A stretch of 64,000 bases of DNA from the NCBI GenBank assembly GCA_963822445.1, contig CAWGHO010000002.1, positions 1,216,001 through 1,280,000 of the forward strand. The letters are read 5' to 3'. Of this stretch, positions 1 to 11,446 are shown piece after piece. How positions within the stretch are numbered: the first letter of the stretch is position 1; each line of letters starts with the position of its first letter. Made by a program: the position numbers and the translations under genes. The notes beneath the pieces are model-generated. The model was given only the letters and a program-made list of their open reading frames with translations, did no database searches and was not told where the DNA came from. Source of the DNA: an uncultured Acidobacteriota bacterium (lineage in GTDB: Bacteria > Acidobacteriota > Thermoanaerobaculia > Gp7-AA8).

Positions 1-1364
1 TACTGGTCTCCCAGTGGGCTGTCGCTCATGCGCTGAACCACGGCGCCTTCGACGACGAGCTGCCGCGTGATGACCCACAGCTTCTCCAGGCCCACTGCCA
101 CGCCGAAGGAATCGTGCGCGCGTCCGTCGAGCGTCGGATAGCCGGTCAGGCCGTCGGACTCGAAGTTGATGCCGGTGTTGTTCAGGACACCGCCCGTCCC
201 CGCGGCGCGCGCCAGCGACTGCGGGCTGTTGAAGCCGGCGAAGAAATTGGCGTACGGCACCAGGAATCCCGGGTCGCTCCTGTGGAACGAATTCTCGACC
301 AGGAGCAGGACTCCGTCGGCCGTCTTGACCGCCCCCGACTGGCCGAAGTTGCCGATCAGACGGACGCTGTTCGACAGGCCGATCGTGTCGGTTGGCCGGT
401 ACCGGCGCGTGAAGGCAGCGGTGACGTTGTGATAGCTCTGGTCGCTGTCGTCGGCGGCGACGTAGCCGTAGCCGTATTCGGCGTAGCCCTTCAGGAGGTC
501 GGCGAATCCGGCCATGCCGAACATCTTCGCGTTGTCGCCCGGCGCGGCGTCGGTCGTCACCTTGTCGAAGGCGGCGAAGAACGTGAAGTCCATGTTGCTG
601 ATGTCGAGTTTCGGATTGCTTCTCGCCGTGATGCCCATGGCGATGCCGTCGAAGGCATCGTTGAGCCAGATACCGTTCTGCGTGAAGAGCGGCACGCGGC
701 CGAAGGCGATGGGCAGGTCGAACGTAGTCCTCTTGTTCGTGATGCCCTCGCGGATGGCGTTGACGTCGCCTTCGAAGAACAGCGTTTCGAGCTTGAAATC
801 GAACTGGTCGATGAACTCGCTGTCACCGCCGCTGAACTGATAGCGCGTGAACGATGCGCCGTTGTCCAGCGGGCGCACGAAGGCGTGGATGCGCTCCGTG
901 GCGGTAATGGCGAAATCCATGTCCAGGTTCAGGCGTACGGCAAGCGCGCCTTGCTGGGTGTCTCCGCCGGGAGGAGCCGTACCGTTGTCGTAAAAGGCGC
1001 CGCCGATGCGGAGGTCGCCGTAAGCCATGAAGTGGGAGTTGATGGGGTTTCTCTGGCCGAGGAACGTCGGCCGCGGTGTATACGCACCGCGGTCATAGAG
1101 ACGAATGCCCAGTTCGACCGGCATCTTGGCCGTCTTGTTCATGTGCTTGCCGCCGTAAATAGCCAGCTGGGCCTCGGCGTCGTAGGGCTCGTTCTCGAGG
1201 TTGGGATTGGGTCCGAACCACTCCTTCGGAGGTTCCCCCGGGAGCAGTTTTGCCTCGGGTGACATCTCCGGGGGGTGCTTGTCGTCAGCCACAGCATGCG
1301 GTGCCGCAGCGAACAAGAGCAGTCCGGCGAGCAGAAGATTCACGGTGCAGGCTTTCGCGTTCAT
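1..1364 (-). CDS. Secreted, probable outer-membrane beta-barrel/porin-like protein (3' end runs off the window)
   Basis: Absent from the ORF track because its stop lies outside the window. Manual translation from ATG 1364 gives MNAKACTVNLLLAGLLLFAAAPHAVA (signal peptide), then an open frame rich in Gly/Asn/Asp/aromatic alternating strands (AVRLNLDMDFAIT, YAEYGYGYV, NMDFTFFAAFD). It starts 14 bp after the cytochrome stop. Confidence 0.6.
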   Translation of the reverse strand, partial: MNAKACTVNLLLAGLLLFAAAPHAVADDKHPPEMSPEAKLLPGEPPKEWFGPNPNLENEPYDAEAQLAIYGGKHMNKTAKMPVELGIRLYDRGAYTPRPTFLGQRNPINSHFMAYGDLRIGGAFYDNGTAPPGGDTQQGALAVRLNLDMDFAITATERIHAFVRPLDNGASFTRYQFSGGDSEFIDQFDFKLETLFFEGDVNAIREGITNKRTTFDLPIAFGRVPLFTQNGIWLNDAFDGIAMGITARSNPKLDISNMDFTFFAAFDKVTTDAAPGDNAKMFGMAGFADLLKGYAEYGYGYVAADDSDQSYHNVTAAFTRRYRPTDTIGLSNSVRLIGNFGQSGAVKTADGVLLLVENSFHRSDPGFLVPYANFFAGFNSPQSLARAAGTGGVLNNTGINFESDGLTGYPTLDGRAHDSFGVAVGLEKLWVITRQLVVEGAVVQRMSDSPLGDQ

Positions 1365-1378
1365 GCTCGTCCTCTCTC

Positions 1379-3181
1379 TCACCGAACCTCGAACTCGACG
1401 GCGTAGACATGCGTGTCATCGGCCCATTCGTTCTCGGACCGGATCATGTCGCGCGTGGCTTCGACGAACTGCATGAAGTAAATGGGCTCGGTCCTCGCGC
1501 GCACGCGGATGGCCAGCTTGTACGTGCCGGGTTTCGTCATCAGCTTTGCCGGCACTTTGTAGGGAGCGACGCGGGTACCGAGAGGCGGGATACTTCGTTT
1601 CTCCATCCGCGCGAGGGGAGGGTGATTGAGCAGCGAGGTCGGTGTGCCGCCGGGACGGATGAACGGCCGCTGATCGACATCCAGGTTGATCGGCAGATAC
1701 ATCTCCCGATCCGTTCCCTTCACGTTCGTGGTGATGAACTTCGCCTGCATGTTCACGAGCTGGTCGTCGTGAGGGATCTTGCCGGCGCGGACGTCGAGCG
1801 ACTGCAGGTCAGCCATGTCGCCGTGACTGTCGACGTAGCCCGATTCCCAGATCCGCTTGCCGTCAGGATCGATGAGGGCCACGTTGATCCACAGTTCGGG
1901 CTGTGCGCCGAGGGAGCCCGAGGGGAGGTTGTGACCCTTATTGAGATTGGTGAGCTTGTACTTGAAGGACAAGGCCTTGCCGACCGACGGGCTTCCATCG
2001 AAGAACGGCCCATCGAGCCTGGAGGCTCCCTCCAGGAGTTTCAGGCGCTGCTCCTTCCGCTCGTACCATCTCTTGATGTTCTCCGACACGATCTTCCAGG
2101 CCATCTTCCGTTTGGCGGGGTCCTGCCATTCGGGTGGGAAGGTTGCCGCGGCCGCACCGCTGCTCTCGAAGGCGTCGTCCCCCCACTTGTCGCGGTAGTT
2201 GAACGTCAGCCACTGCTGCGGCGTGAACGGTGAGTCCTCCATCCGGAAGGGGAAGAGACCGGGATGGCTGATGGGGTAGCCCGGACCGACGAACGTGTGG
2301 TCGGTCAGCGGCCGCTGGTCGTTGACGTAGTGTCCCTCGGCGCAGGTGAACTTTCCGTCGGAGCCGAGCTTCACGCCGTTGACGCACGCTGCCCACCCCT
2401 TGTCGTACCCGGCGTTCTTGCCCGGGTCGACGCTCATGTGGCACTGCTGGCAGGTGATGTTTTCCTTGCGCGCGGGAGAGGCCCGGTACTCTTCCCAGAC
2501 CGTCTCGAGCTTGATGCCGGGATGGACTGCGACCTGGTGGCAGGTCACGCAGAACTCCGACGCCCGGAGCAGGTCGGACTGGACGGCCGCCTGGTGCATC
2601 CGGATCCATTTCTTGCCGTCGGCCTCCGCCGGCCGGTCGGGCTGGTCGGGGCTGACCAGAATCCCCAGCCGCATCGCTTCGCTGATGGCCTTGATGCCGC
2701 CGGTGGTGTCGAAGGGGCCGAAGACGGCTTCGTGGATGCTGCCCGGCGTGATCCTGCGCGCCCCGTTGACCTTGCCGTAACCCTCACCGGCACGGTGGCA
2801 GGTCACGCAGGTGATGCCTTCGCGCGAGGCCGGGCTGCGGTCCCACCAGGCGATGTCGCGTCTCTCGCCCAGGGACGTTCCGACGCTGGCGTGGCAGCGC
2901 ACGCAGAACGAGCCGATGGTGCCCGACGCCAGGTCGTTGATCTTCTGCTCGAACTTGTTGAACATCGGCGAGACGCTGGCGTACGCGTGCGATGAGTTGC
3001 TCCACTGCTTGTACTGATTGGGATGACACTCGCCGCACATCCGCGCCGACGGATATTGCTCGTTCGCTGTCGCCCAGGCGTGCGGGTTGTTCTCCGGCAG
3101 CGGGTTGGGAAGCTGCTGGCCCGTGGCAGGGCTCAGCATCGTCAGCAGAAGGACGGCGACCACCAATCCGGCTCTACGCAT
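1379..3181 (-). CDS. Periplasmic pentaheme cytochrome c (c554/c-prime-like N-terminal module)
   Basis: Signal peptide MRRAGLVVAVLLLTMLSPATG; five CxxCH motifs (CGECH, CVRCH, CVTCH, CVTCH, CQQCH); YxQWxxSxHA motif; GHNLPSG in the C-terminal half. Confidence 0.88.
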   Translation of the reverse strand: MRRAGLVVAVLLLTMLSPATGQQLPNPLPENNPHAWATANEQYPSARMCGECHPNQYKQWSNSSHAYASVSPMFNKFEQKINDLASGTIGSFCVRCHASVGTSLGERRDIAWWDRSPASREGITCVTCHRAGEGYGKVNGARRITPGSIHEAVFGPFDTTGGIKAISEAMRLGILVSPDQPDRPAEADGKKWIRMHQAAVQSDLLRASEFCVTCHQVAVHPGIKLETVWEEYRASPARKENITCQQCHMSVDPGKNAGYDKGWAACVNGVKLGSDGKFTCAEGHYVNDQRPLTDHTFVGPGYPISHPGLFPFRMEDSPFTPQQWLTFNYRDKWGDDAFESSGAAAATFPPEWQDPAKRKMAWKIVSENIKRWYERKEQRLKLLEGASRLDGPFFDGSPSVGKALSFKYKLTNLNKGHNLPSGSLGAQPELWINVALIDPDGKRIWESGYVDSHGDMADLQSLDVRAGKIPHDDQLVNMQAKFITTNVKGTDREMYLPINLDVDQRPFIRPGGTPTSLLNHPPLARMEKRSIPPLGTRVAPYKVPAKLMTKPGTYKLAIRVRARTEPIYFMQFVEATRDMIRSENEWADDTHVYAVEFEVR

Positions 3182-3351
3182 AAGGCTCCCTCTCGTCATG
3201 CAGCCCAATGGTCAGTCACAGCTAACGGCCATACAGCTTTTCGGCCGCACCGCATTAAGAATTCTTGTGATTGTTTAAGGAACTTTATCACTACTGGCCG
3301 TGACTCTTCCCATCAGTTAGTGCGCACGTCGTCTCGTTCGTTACAGATTTA

Positions 3352-5169
3352 TCAGGCGACCATCGCCGCCGGCGTCTTCTTCGCGTCGGCGAGGATCACG
3401 TCGGCCGCTTTCTCGGCAATCATGTAGATCGGTGTGACGATGAAAAATCCGGGGATGCGCGGAAATACCGACGCGTCGACGACGCGCAGGTTCTCCACGC
3501 CGATGACGCGAAAGTTGCTGTCCACCACGGCGTTCGGATCGCTGGCCCTGCCCATCGGATTCGAGCAGGAGGCGTGATGCCCCCAGGCGTTGTCGCGGAC
3601 GAACTCGCGGACCTGATCATCGCTTGCCTTCTCGGATCCTGGGATGACCTCTTTTTTGATGGCCGTGTTGTGCTTTGAGATCCTTCGGACGAACCGGACG
3701 CCTTCCACGACGGCGTCAAGATCGCGTTTGGCAGTGACCGGCTCGTCGAAATACCTGAAGTTGATCTCCGGCCGCTGCCGCGGATCGGATGACGCGAGCC
3801 GCACGTAGCCGGTGTTTTCCGTGTGGGCCTTCAACACCAGCCAGGTGAGGAAGTTCTTCGTGCGCTCGGTCTCTTTGGAGTAGCCGCGGAAATAGCCGTG
3901 GAACTTGCCGGCCACCGCAAACATGAACAGATCGGGATCGGAACGGTCCGGCGATGATTTCTTGATTACCGCCAGCAACGCTCCGTTGGTCGTGTAGACG
4001 CCCCTTCCGTTCTGCCAGTCGACGTAACAGGGATCGCCGGCCTGATTGGGCAGCGGCGGCGCGAAGGTGGCGTTCTTCAGGATCTTCCAGTCCTGCTTCA
4101 TCTCGCTGACGACGCCGATTTCGTAGCGGTCCTGGAGGTTCGTGCCCACGCCGGGACGATCGGCAATCACCGGAATTCCGAATTGCTGGAGATGCGCGGC
4201 CGCTCCAATTCCCGACAGCATCAGCAGCTGCGGTGAGTTGAACGCGCCACCGGCGAGGATGACCTCGCGCGAGCAGTAGTACTTCCTGATCTCGTACGTG
4301 TTCGTGCTCGATGCTTTCGGGTCGGCGTCGTAGAGGTGCTGGCCTTCCCAGCACTCGACGCCGATCGCGCGCTTCCTTTCGTCGAACAGAATCTTCGCGG
4401 CCAGATTGCTTTGCCGGATGACGAGCTTCTGCGGCCACTTCGCACGAACGCTGTTGATCAACTCCCGCGTGCCGGCGCGGCGCCCTTTGAGCGTGGCCAG
4501 CGGCGCGAAGGCCACCCCTTCGAATTTCGGGTGACGCCAATCGTTCGGATCCTGCGGAAGCCTGGGAAGAACGCCACCGACGCCCTCCTTCCACGCGGCC
4601 AGGATCGCGTCGAAAACGGTTTGCACGACGGCGGGATCGCCGAGGCCGAGGGTGAGATCGAAGCCGGTGGTGGTGAGCCAGCCCTTGCTGCCGTGGCGGG
4701 AAGCGGCCTGTTGGACCGGATCGGTGACGTACTCGCAGCGCTCGATGTCCTCGAAGTACTTCCGCATCTTGTCCGGCGCCCAGGACGCGTCGCCGGTGAG
4801 ATCGGCGATGAACTGCCAATCGCTGTTGTGCGGAACCACGGTGATCATGGCGTGGTGCTGGGTGCAGCCGCCCAGCGTGCCCGCACGCGGATAGAACACA
4901 CCGCCCTTGTCCGGGTCGTACTTGGGGTCGCGTTTGGAGCGCTGCTCGTCTCCGTAGTGTCTGGGGAAGAACTCCCAGGAGATGTCGGGATGCTCACTCG
5001 CGAACGCATGGAAGACCGGCACGTTGTACCAGTCCTGTTCCGGCGCCTGTCCGGCCTCTATCAGCCCGACCTTGTATCCCGCTTCGGCGAGGCGGGCCGC
5101 AACAGGCCCGCCTCCCGCACCGGACCCGATCACGATGTAATCGAAATCGGGGTTCTGCGGAGATCCCAT
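3352..5169 (-). CDS. GMC-family FAD oxidoreductase (choline dehydrogenase-like)
   Basis: DYIVIGSGAGG Rossmann motif, PRAGTLGGC, GGAFNSPQLLMLSGIG, GVGTNLQD, HHASC, LRVVDASVFP. Confidence 0.93.
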   Translation of the reverse strand: MGSPQNPDFDYIVIGSGAGGGPVAARLAEAGYKVGLIEAGQAPEQDWYNVPVFHAFASEHPDISWEFFPRHYGDEQRSKRDPKYDPDKGGVFYPRAGTLGGCTQHHAMITVVPHNSDWQFIADLTGDASWAPDKMRKYFEDIERCEYVTDPVQQAASRHGSKGWLTTTGFDLTLGLGDPAVVQTVFDAILAAWKEGVGGVLPRLPQDPNDWRHPKFEGVAFAPLATLKGRRAGTRELINSVRAKWPQKLVIRQSNLAAKILFDERKRAIGVECWEGQHLYDADPKASSTNTYEIRKYYCSREVILAGGAFNSPQLLMLSGIGAAAHLQQFGIPVIADRPGVGTNLQDRYEIGVVSEMKQDWKILKNATFAPPLPNQAGDPCYVDWQNGRGVYTTNGALLAVIKKSSPDRSDPDLFMFAVAGKFHGYFRGYSKETERTKNFLTWLVLKAHTENTGYVRLASSDPRQRPEINFRYFDEPVTAKRDLDAVVEGVRFVRRISKHNTAIKKEVIPGSEKASDDQVREFVRDNAWGHHASCSNPMGRASDPNAVVDSNFRVIGVENLRVVDASVFPRIPGFFIVTPIYMIAEKAADVILADAKKTPAAMVA

Positions 5170-5182
5170 GCATCTCCTCGAT

Positions 5183-7421
5183 TCAGAACGTCTTGATGTA
5201 CTCGATCAGCGCGCGCTTGTCGGCGTCGGGCAGATCGGTGCCGAAGTAATGGCCTTTGTCCTCGATGAAGTCGGGGCAGGAGTTCAGGCCGTAGAGCTCC
5301 TTCACGACGGGCGACTCCAGCCAGCGTTTCGTAGCCGCGTCTCCGGTCAGCCCTTCGCTCTTGATGGCCTTCATCACCTTGACCGTGTCGAGGAGCAGGT
5401 GGGCCAGATCGCCTGCCTTGCGCACGCCGCCGAGCTCGAGGTTCGTGTTCGCCAGCAGGTTCACCGGCGTTCCTTTCGGGATCGGTCCGAACGCGAAGTA
5501 CTTCGCACCGGTGACCGGATCGGTTTCCATGTTTTTCCGCAGCAGACGCCGCAACGGTGGCGATGGAGGTACGAGTCCGGCACCTTCAGCCAGCTCTCCT
5601 CGGTGGTCAGCCACAGAGACGTCGATTGCCCTTCCGCGCCATCCCTGTTGCCCGCCGCGCCGGAGCGCTTCTCCGGCCAGAGCATCTTGGTGATGCCGTC
5701 GTTGAAAGCTTCCATCCGTTCATCGACGGAGACGCCGTGCACGTGCTTGCCGACGACGTTGTGATGCAGGTAGGGCGCGGTAGCCCAGATGCTGACGAGC
5801 GTGGGCGGACGGTAGTAACCGCGGCCGCCGCCGGGGACTGTCCATTTGCTGTTGGTCTTGGTGATCGGATCCCACACGTCGATCGCGCCGACGGGCGGAA
5901 GGGTCTTGTAGGTCTCGGACGAGAAGTTGTCCCAGATCTGTCCTCTCATTCCGTTGGTCGCCACCGCGCGCTGGGCATTGGTTTTGACTTCAGTCACGGG
6001 GATGCGCTCTTCGCTGCCGAGGTGGTTGCCGGTCGAGGAAGTCGGAATCCATGACCGATTTCTCGAAGAAGGCGACTCCCGCGGCGGAGTTCGGATCGAC
6101 GCCTTGGGGCGGGCGCTTGCTCGAGTGGCAGCGGGCGCAGTTGCGCGCGAACGTGAGCTTGCCGCGATCGAGCAGCGCCTGATCGGTGCTGATGTACTTG
6201 CGGCCACCGGTCGCATCCGCAAGCTTGTGCGGCTGGGCGAACTTGACGAGGTAGCCCGCGAGGTCGGGCGCGGCGCGCTCGCTCCAGTTCCAGGCCGGCG
6301 AGTTCTTCTGCGCGATCTTCACCTGAATGGGGGTCTGCTTCTTGATGCCGATGAGCGGCTTGAAGTTCGTCGTCCAGTGCTCCCAGTACTCGCCGATGTT
6401 GAGGTACACGCGCGAGAGCGCACCGTGGAAGCCGACCGAGTCCGCGCCCTCTTTGAGAACGCGCGGCGCGAGCACGGTGTCCGGTTGCCCGGCCACCAGC
6501 TCGAGATTCTTCAGGTCGAGTGCGCCGCCGGTGAGCTTCTCCGGAACGGCCACAGCCGATGCGCCCGGGAGGGGCGAGGTTGTAGACCGCATTCATCGTT
6601 CCGGGGTTGTTCAGGTAGTCCGTGGCGATGAACGCCGTGTCCAGCGAGCCGGCCGGATTCGACAGCAGCAGCTGCTTGACGAAGTTCTTCGAGTCCAGCT
6701 CGTGGCCGAACACATTCCAGATCTTCAGGTAGTGCTGGCCCACGTAGTCGGAGAAGTTGGCGAAGTCGGCGGGCTCGTTCGGATCGGCCGGCGGATTCAC
6801 CGGATCGGGCCCGACGTGGCAGAACGAGCAGGCCATTCCGACCATGTAGGGGCGCTCGAGTTCCTTGTTCGTGTAGTAGTTCGGATCGTTCCAGTAGCGG
6901 TTCGCATCCCACTTCGCGGGATCGAATTTCGGGTTCTTGAACAGGCGCAGGCCCATGACGCCGCTGGAGATGCCGTACGTCGGGATGTCGAGGCGCTTGT
7001 CGATGTCGAACTTCGAGCCGGGCTCGCGCGGCACGTCGATGTGCAGGCCGTACTCGTTCGGCTGCGACGGCTGCATGTAGCCGGGCTGGTTGAAGATGCC
7101 GTAGGTCTGGAAGCGCCGGTTCCTCGGCGAAGCGATCATCTTCAGCAGATCGCCGGTGCCGAAGCCGTACTTGGCGAGCCAGTTCCAGAACCCGGCGTTG
7201 TCGCCCGACCAGAGGTTCCAGATCACCCGGCCGTTGATGTCCGACTGGGTGAGGGGGACGGGCCGTCCCTGAACGTTCATCCCCGGGAACGGGTCGAAGT
7301 CGACGTACTTGTAGTCGACCACCCAGGTCTGCTTCACCTGCTGGCTCGCGCAGCCGGCCAGAGAGGCGATCAGAATCGGGACGAGAAATCCGACGAGTGT
7401 GCGATGACGGAATCTCCGCAT
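5183..7421 (-). pseudogene. Di-heme cytochrome c lipoprotein (RoxA/MauG/bCcP-like superfamily), interrupted by three frameshifts (pseudogene or assembly errors)
   Basis: GGAGG RBS then ATG 7421; lipobox SLAGC; CSFCH and CARCH heme motifs; YYRPPTLVSIWATAPYLH motif; C-terminal KGHYFG...KRALIEYIKTF. The coding frame switches near 6555, 6030 and 5565 across four ORF-track fragments. Confidence 0.75.
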
Positions 7422-7587
7422 AGGGCCTCCGATGAAGCTGAATTGTTTTACCGAGTTACTAGAGGAGAGCCACAAGGGAGGAAATCCCTACCCTCGCTCT
7501 TTCCTGATAGGTAGTGACGATCCCGGCCTCAGCGTTTCATGGCCAATGGAATACTGCTTACCCCGACCCTGTATGAAACTCGGCCGT

Positions 7588-8343
7588 ATGCCCAACGATC
7601 TCAGTGACATCCGCGCACTTCTACCCCAGGCCGCGAAACTGGCGAAGCCGCCGATCTCGAACTTCCATGTCGGCGCGGTCTGCCGCGGAACGACGACCGG
7701 CAATGTCTACCTCGGCGCGAACGTCGAGTTCGCCGGCGAGGCGCTGAGCTTCACCGTGCACGCCGAGCAGGCCGCCATCACGAACGCCTGGATCAACGGC
7801 GAGGCCGGCATCGACCTCCTCGCGGTGACCGCCGCGCCATGCGGCTACTGCCGTCAGTTCCTCAACGAGCTGTCCACCGCCGCGACGATGCAGATCTCGA
7901 TCGGCGACGAGGACACCCATCCTCTGTCGTACTTTCTCCCGCAATCGTTCGGCCCGAGCGATCTCGGCGTGACCGGCGGGTTGATGACGCCCGCGAACAA
8001 CGAGCTGACCATCGCCGAGACCGATGACCTCGCGCAAGCCGCCCTGCGCGCGGCGAACATGAGCTACGCGCCGTACTCGAAGTCCTTCGCCGGCATCGCC
8101 CTGCGCACCTCCGGCGGCCGCATGTTCCTCGGCCCGTACGGCGAGAACGCGGCATTCAATCCCAGCATCTCGCCGCTCGAAGTCGCGCTGTCCGCACTCA
8201 ACGTGAACGGCGGCGACTGGAGCCAGATCGAAGAGGTGGTCCTCGTGCACACCGAGCCGTCGCTGCACGCGAGCGCCACCCGCACCGTCCTTGCCGCAAT
8301 CTCGAGCGCGCCGTTGCGCACCATCATCGCGCGCCCCGCCTGA
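7588..8343 (+). CDS. cdd: Cytidine deaminase (two-domain, E. coli Cdd-like)
   Basis: PISNFHVGA, HAEQ and PCGYCRQ zinc motifs; second domain SYAPYS...ENAAFNPSISP. Start could be 7573 or 7588. Confidence 0.92.
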   Translation: MPNDLSDIRALLPQAAKLAKPPISNFHVGAVCRGTTTGNVYLGANVEFAGEALSFTVHAEQAAITNAWINGEAGIDLLAVTAAPCGYCRQFLNELSTAATMQISIGDEDTHPLSYFLPQSFGPSDLGVTGGLMTPANNELTIAETDDLAQAALRAANMSYAPYSKSFAGIALRTSGGRMFLGPYGENAAFNPSISPLEVALSALNVNGGDWSQIEEVVLVHTEPSLHASATRTVLAAISSAPLRTIIARPA

Positions 8344-8354
8344 AGGAGTCTTGA

Positions 8355-8651
8355 ATGGAAAACCAGCCGCAGCAGACCATCCGCATCCTCATCGACGATC
8401 AAGTCGCGCAGGGCGAGTACGTGAACTTCGCCAACATCATCCACTCCCAGAGCGAGTTCATCATCGACCTCGGCCGCGTCGTCCCCGGCCGCACGGACGT
8501 GAAGATCTACAGCCGGGTGATCCTCACGCCGCTCCACACCAAGCAGCTCCTCGAAGCGCTTTCGCACAACCTCGCGCTTTACGAGCAGAAGTTCGGCGAG
8601 ATCCGCCCCGATCCCGCGTCGCAGTTTTCGTCGAACGAGCCGTCGAACTGA
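8355..8651 (+). CDS. DUF3467 family protein
   Basis: AQGEYVNFANIIHSQSEFIIDL...SRVILTPLHTKQLLEALSHNLALYEQKFGEI signature. Confidence 0.85.
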   Translation: MENQPQQTIRILIDDQVAQGEYVNFANIIHSQSEFIIDLGRVVPGRTDVKIYSRVILTPLHTKQLLEALSHNLALYEQKFGEIRPDPASQFSSNEPSN

Positions 8652-8817
8652 TGTCACGGGAAGACCGACGGGGGGCCTCCGGCGGGCCGGCCACGGGCCG
8701 GCAGGCGCTGGTTGTGCCTTCTGCCGCGCTCGCGGTAGCTAGCTCGAATCGTGTTCACGCGAACATCAGCGCTGCCGGCCGTGCCGGCCCGCCGGAGGCC
8801 CCCCGGTCGGTCCCCGC

Positions 8818-8823
<6 letters not shown>
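8652..8823. repeat. ~170-bp palindromic intergenic repeat (MITE/REP-like), intact copy
   Basis: Long imperfect terminal inverted arms (gaccgacggggggcctccggcgggccggccacgggccggcaggcgctg ... cagcgctgccggccgtgccggcccgccggaggccccccggtcggtc). Its reverse complement aligns along its length with 43461-43602 joined to 45144-45172. Confidence 0.9.
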
Positions 8824-10120
<1,297 letters not shown>

Positions 10121-10137
<17 letters not shown>

Positions 10138-11446
10138 ACTTCTCGTAAAGCAGCGTGTGACGTGAGTCCGTCGGGATCTCTTCACCATTGATGAACACGC
10201 GGCGCACGTTCGTGCGGATCTCCAGCGGGTCGCCGTCGGTCACGATCACGTTCGCGCCTTTTCCAACTTCCAGCGAGCCGAGCTTGTCGGCCACGCCCCA
10301 GATCTCGGCGGGGTAAATCGTGATCGCCTTCAGCGCGGCATCCTTCGGCAGGCCGAATGCGGCCGCGGCGGCGGCGTTGTACGGAAGGTTGCGTGCGTTG
10401 TGCGCGTCCTGCGTCTGAATCGCGAAGCGGATGCCGTTGTCGTGCAGGACCTTCGCGTTGGTGAAGAGAACGTCGTACGGATCGTCCTCGCGCTGCGGCA
10501 GCGATAGCGTCGGGCCGAGGATCACCGGGATGTTGCGCGATTTGAGGTCGGTGACGACGCGGGCCACGTCGTTCGCGCCGGAGAGAATCATCTTCAGCTT
10601 CATCTCGTCGGCGAACTCGATCGCCGCTTTGATGTCGCGCGCCTGACTGGCGTGCATGACCACGGGAACGCGTCCTTCCACCACCGGCACGAGCGCTTCG
10701 AGCATGAGATCGCGATCGAAACGCTTCACGTTCCTGTCGGTTGCACGAGCCTTCGCGGCCTTGCCGTACGCGGCTGCGTCGCGCAGCACGTCGCGCAGCT
10801 TGTCGAGCTCTTTCGTGTAGTTCTTGCGAAGGTCCTTCTCCGCTTCCTCGTCCTGCGGCACTTCGACGAGCGGCGCACCGCGCAGGCGGGGAAAGCGGAT
10901 GTGCATCGCCAGCGGCGCCTTCACGGTCATCTCCCGCGGCGTCCATCCGGCGAGCTGCACCAGCGCGCTCTGCCCGCTGATCACGCCACCATCCGGAACG
11001 ACGACGACGTGCGTAATGCCGTTCACGCGCGTGACTGGAATGACCTCTGTGTGCGGGTTGATGGCCACCGCGGTCATGGCGTTCGGATTGAAGTCGCCGA
11101 TTTCTGTGGTGTCGACCGTGCCGGGAACCGCGTCGATCTCCGTGAGGCCGACGTTCGTGCCAGAGTCGATGAGACCGGGGTAAACCGACAGTCCCGTTCC
11201 GTCGATGACCGTCGCGTTCGCGGGAACGCTCACGTTCGCGCCGACGGCGGTGATCAGGCCGTTCGAGAAAACGATCGTGCCGTTGGCGATCGGCGCCGAC
11301 GTGACTGGGTAGATCGTCGCGTTGCGGATCGCGTAGGTTCCGCGGTTTCCGGTGCTGTTGACGATCGTCGACTGCGCGAATGCGCTTGCGGCGAAGAGCA
11401 GAGCGCCTGCGGCAAACAGAACATGGACCAGCGCTGCCTTACGCAT
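10121..11446 (-). CDS. Secreted amidohydrolase-family protein lacking the HxH metal motif
   Basis: Signal peptide; amidohydrolase beta-sandwich ends (IRNATI..., [19 protein letters not shown]); PGLIDSGT replaces PGxIDxHxH. Confidence 0.85.

Noticed and set aside
114-2995. Long plus-strand ORFs (114-1262, 1250-2233, 2264-2995)
   Set aside because: Antisense shadows of the minus-strand barrel and cytochrome genes; typical of high-GC DNA, with no motifs.
5555-6580. Programmed ribosomal frameshifting in the di-heme gene
   Set aside because: Three shifts in mixed directions with no slippery heptamers; error or decay is more parsimonious.
7430-7570. Riboswitch or sigma54 promoter upstream of the di-heme gene
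   Set aside because: The GG..GC spacing is 9, not 10, and I could not recognise a riboswitch consensus.
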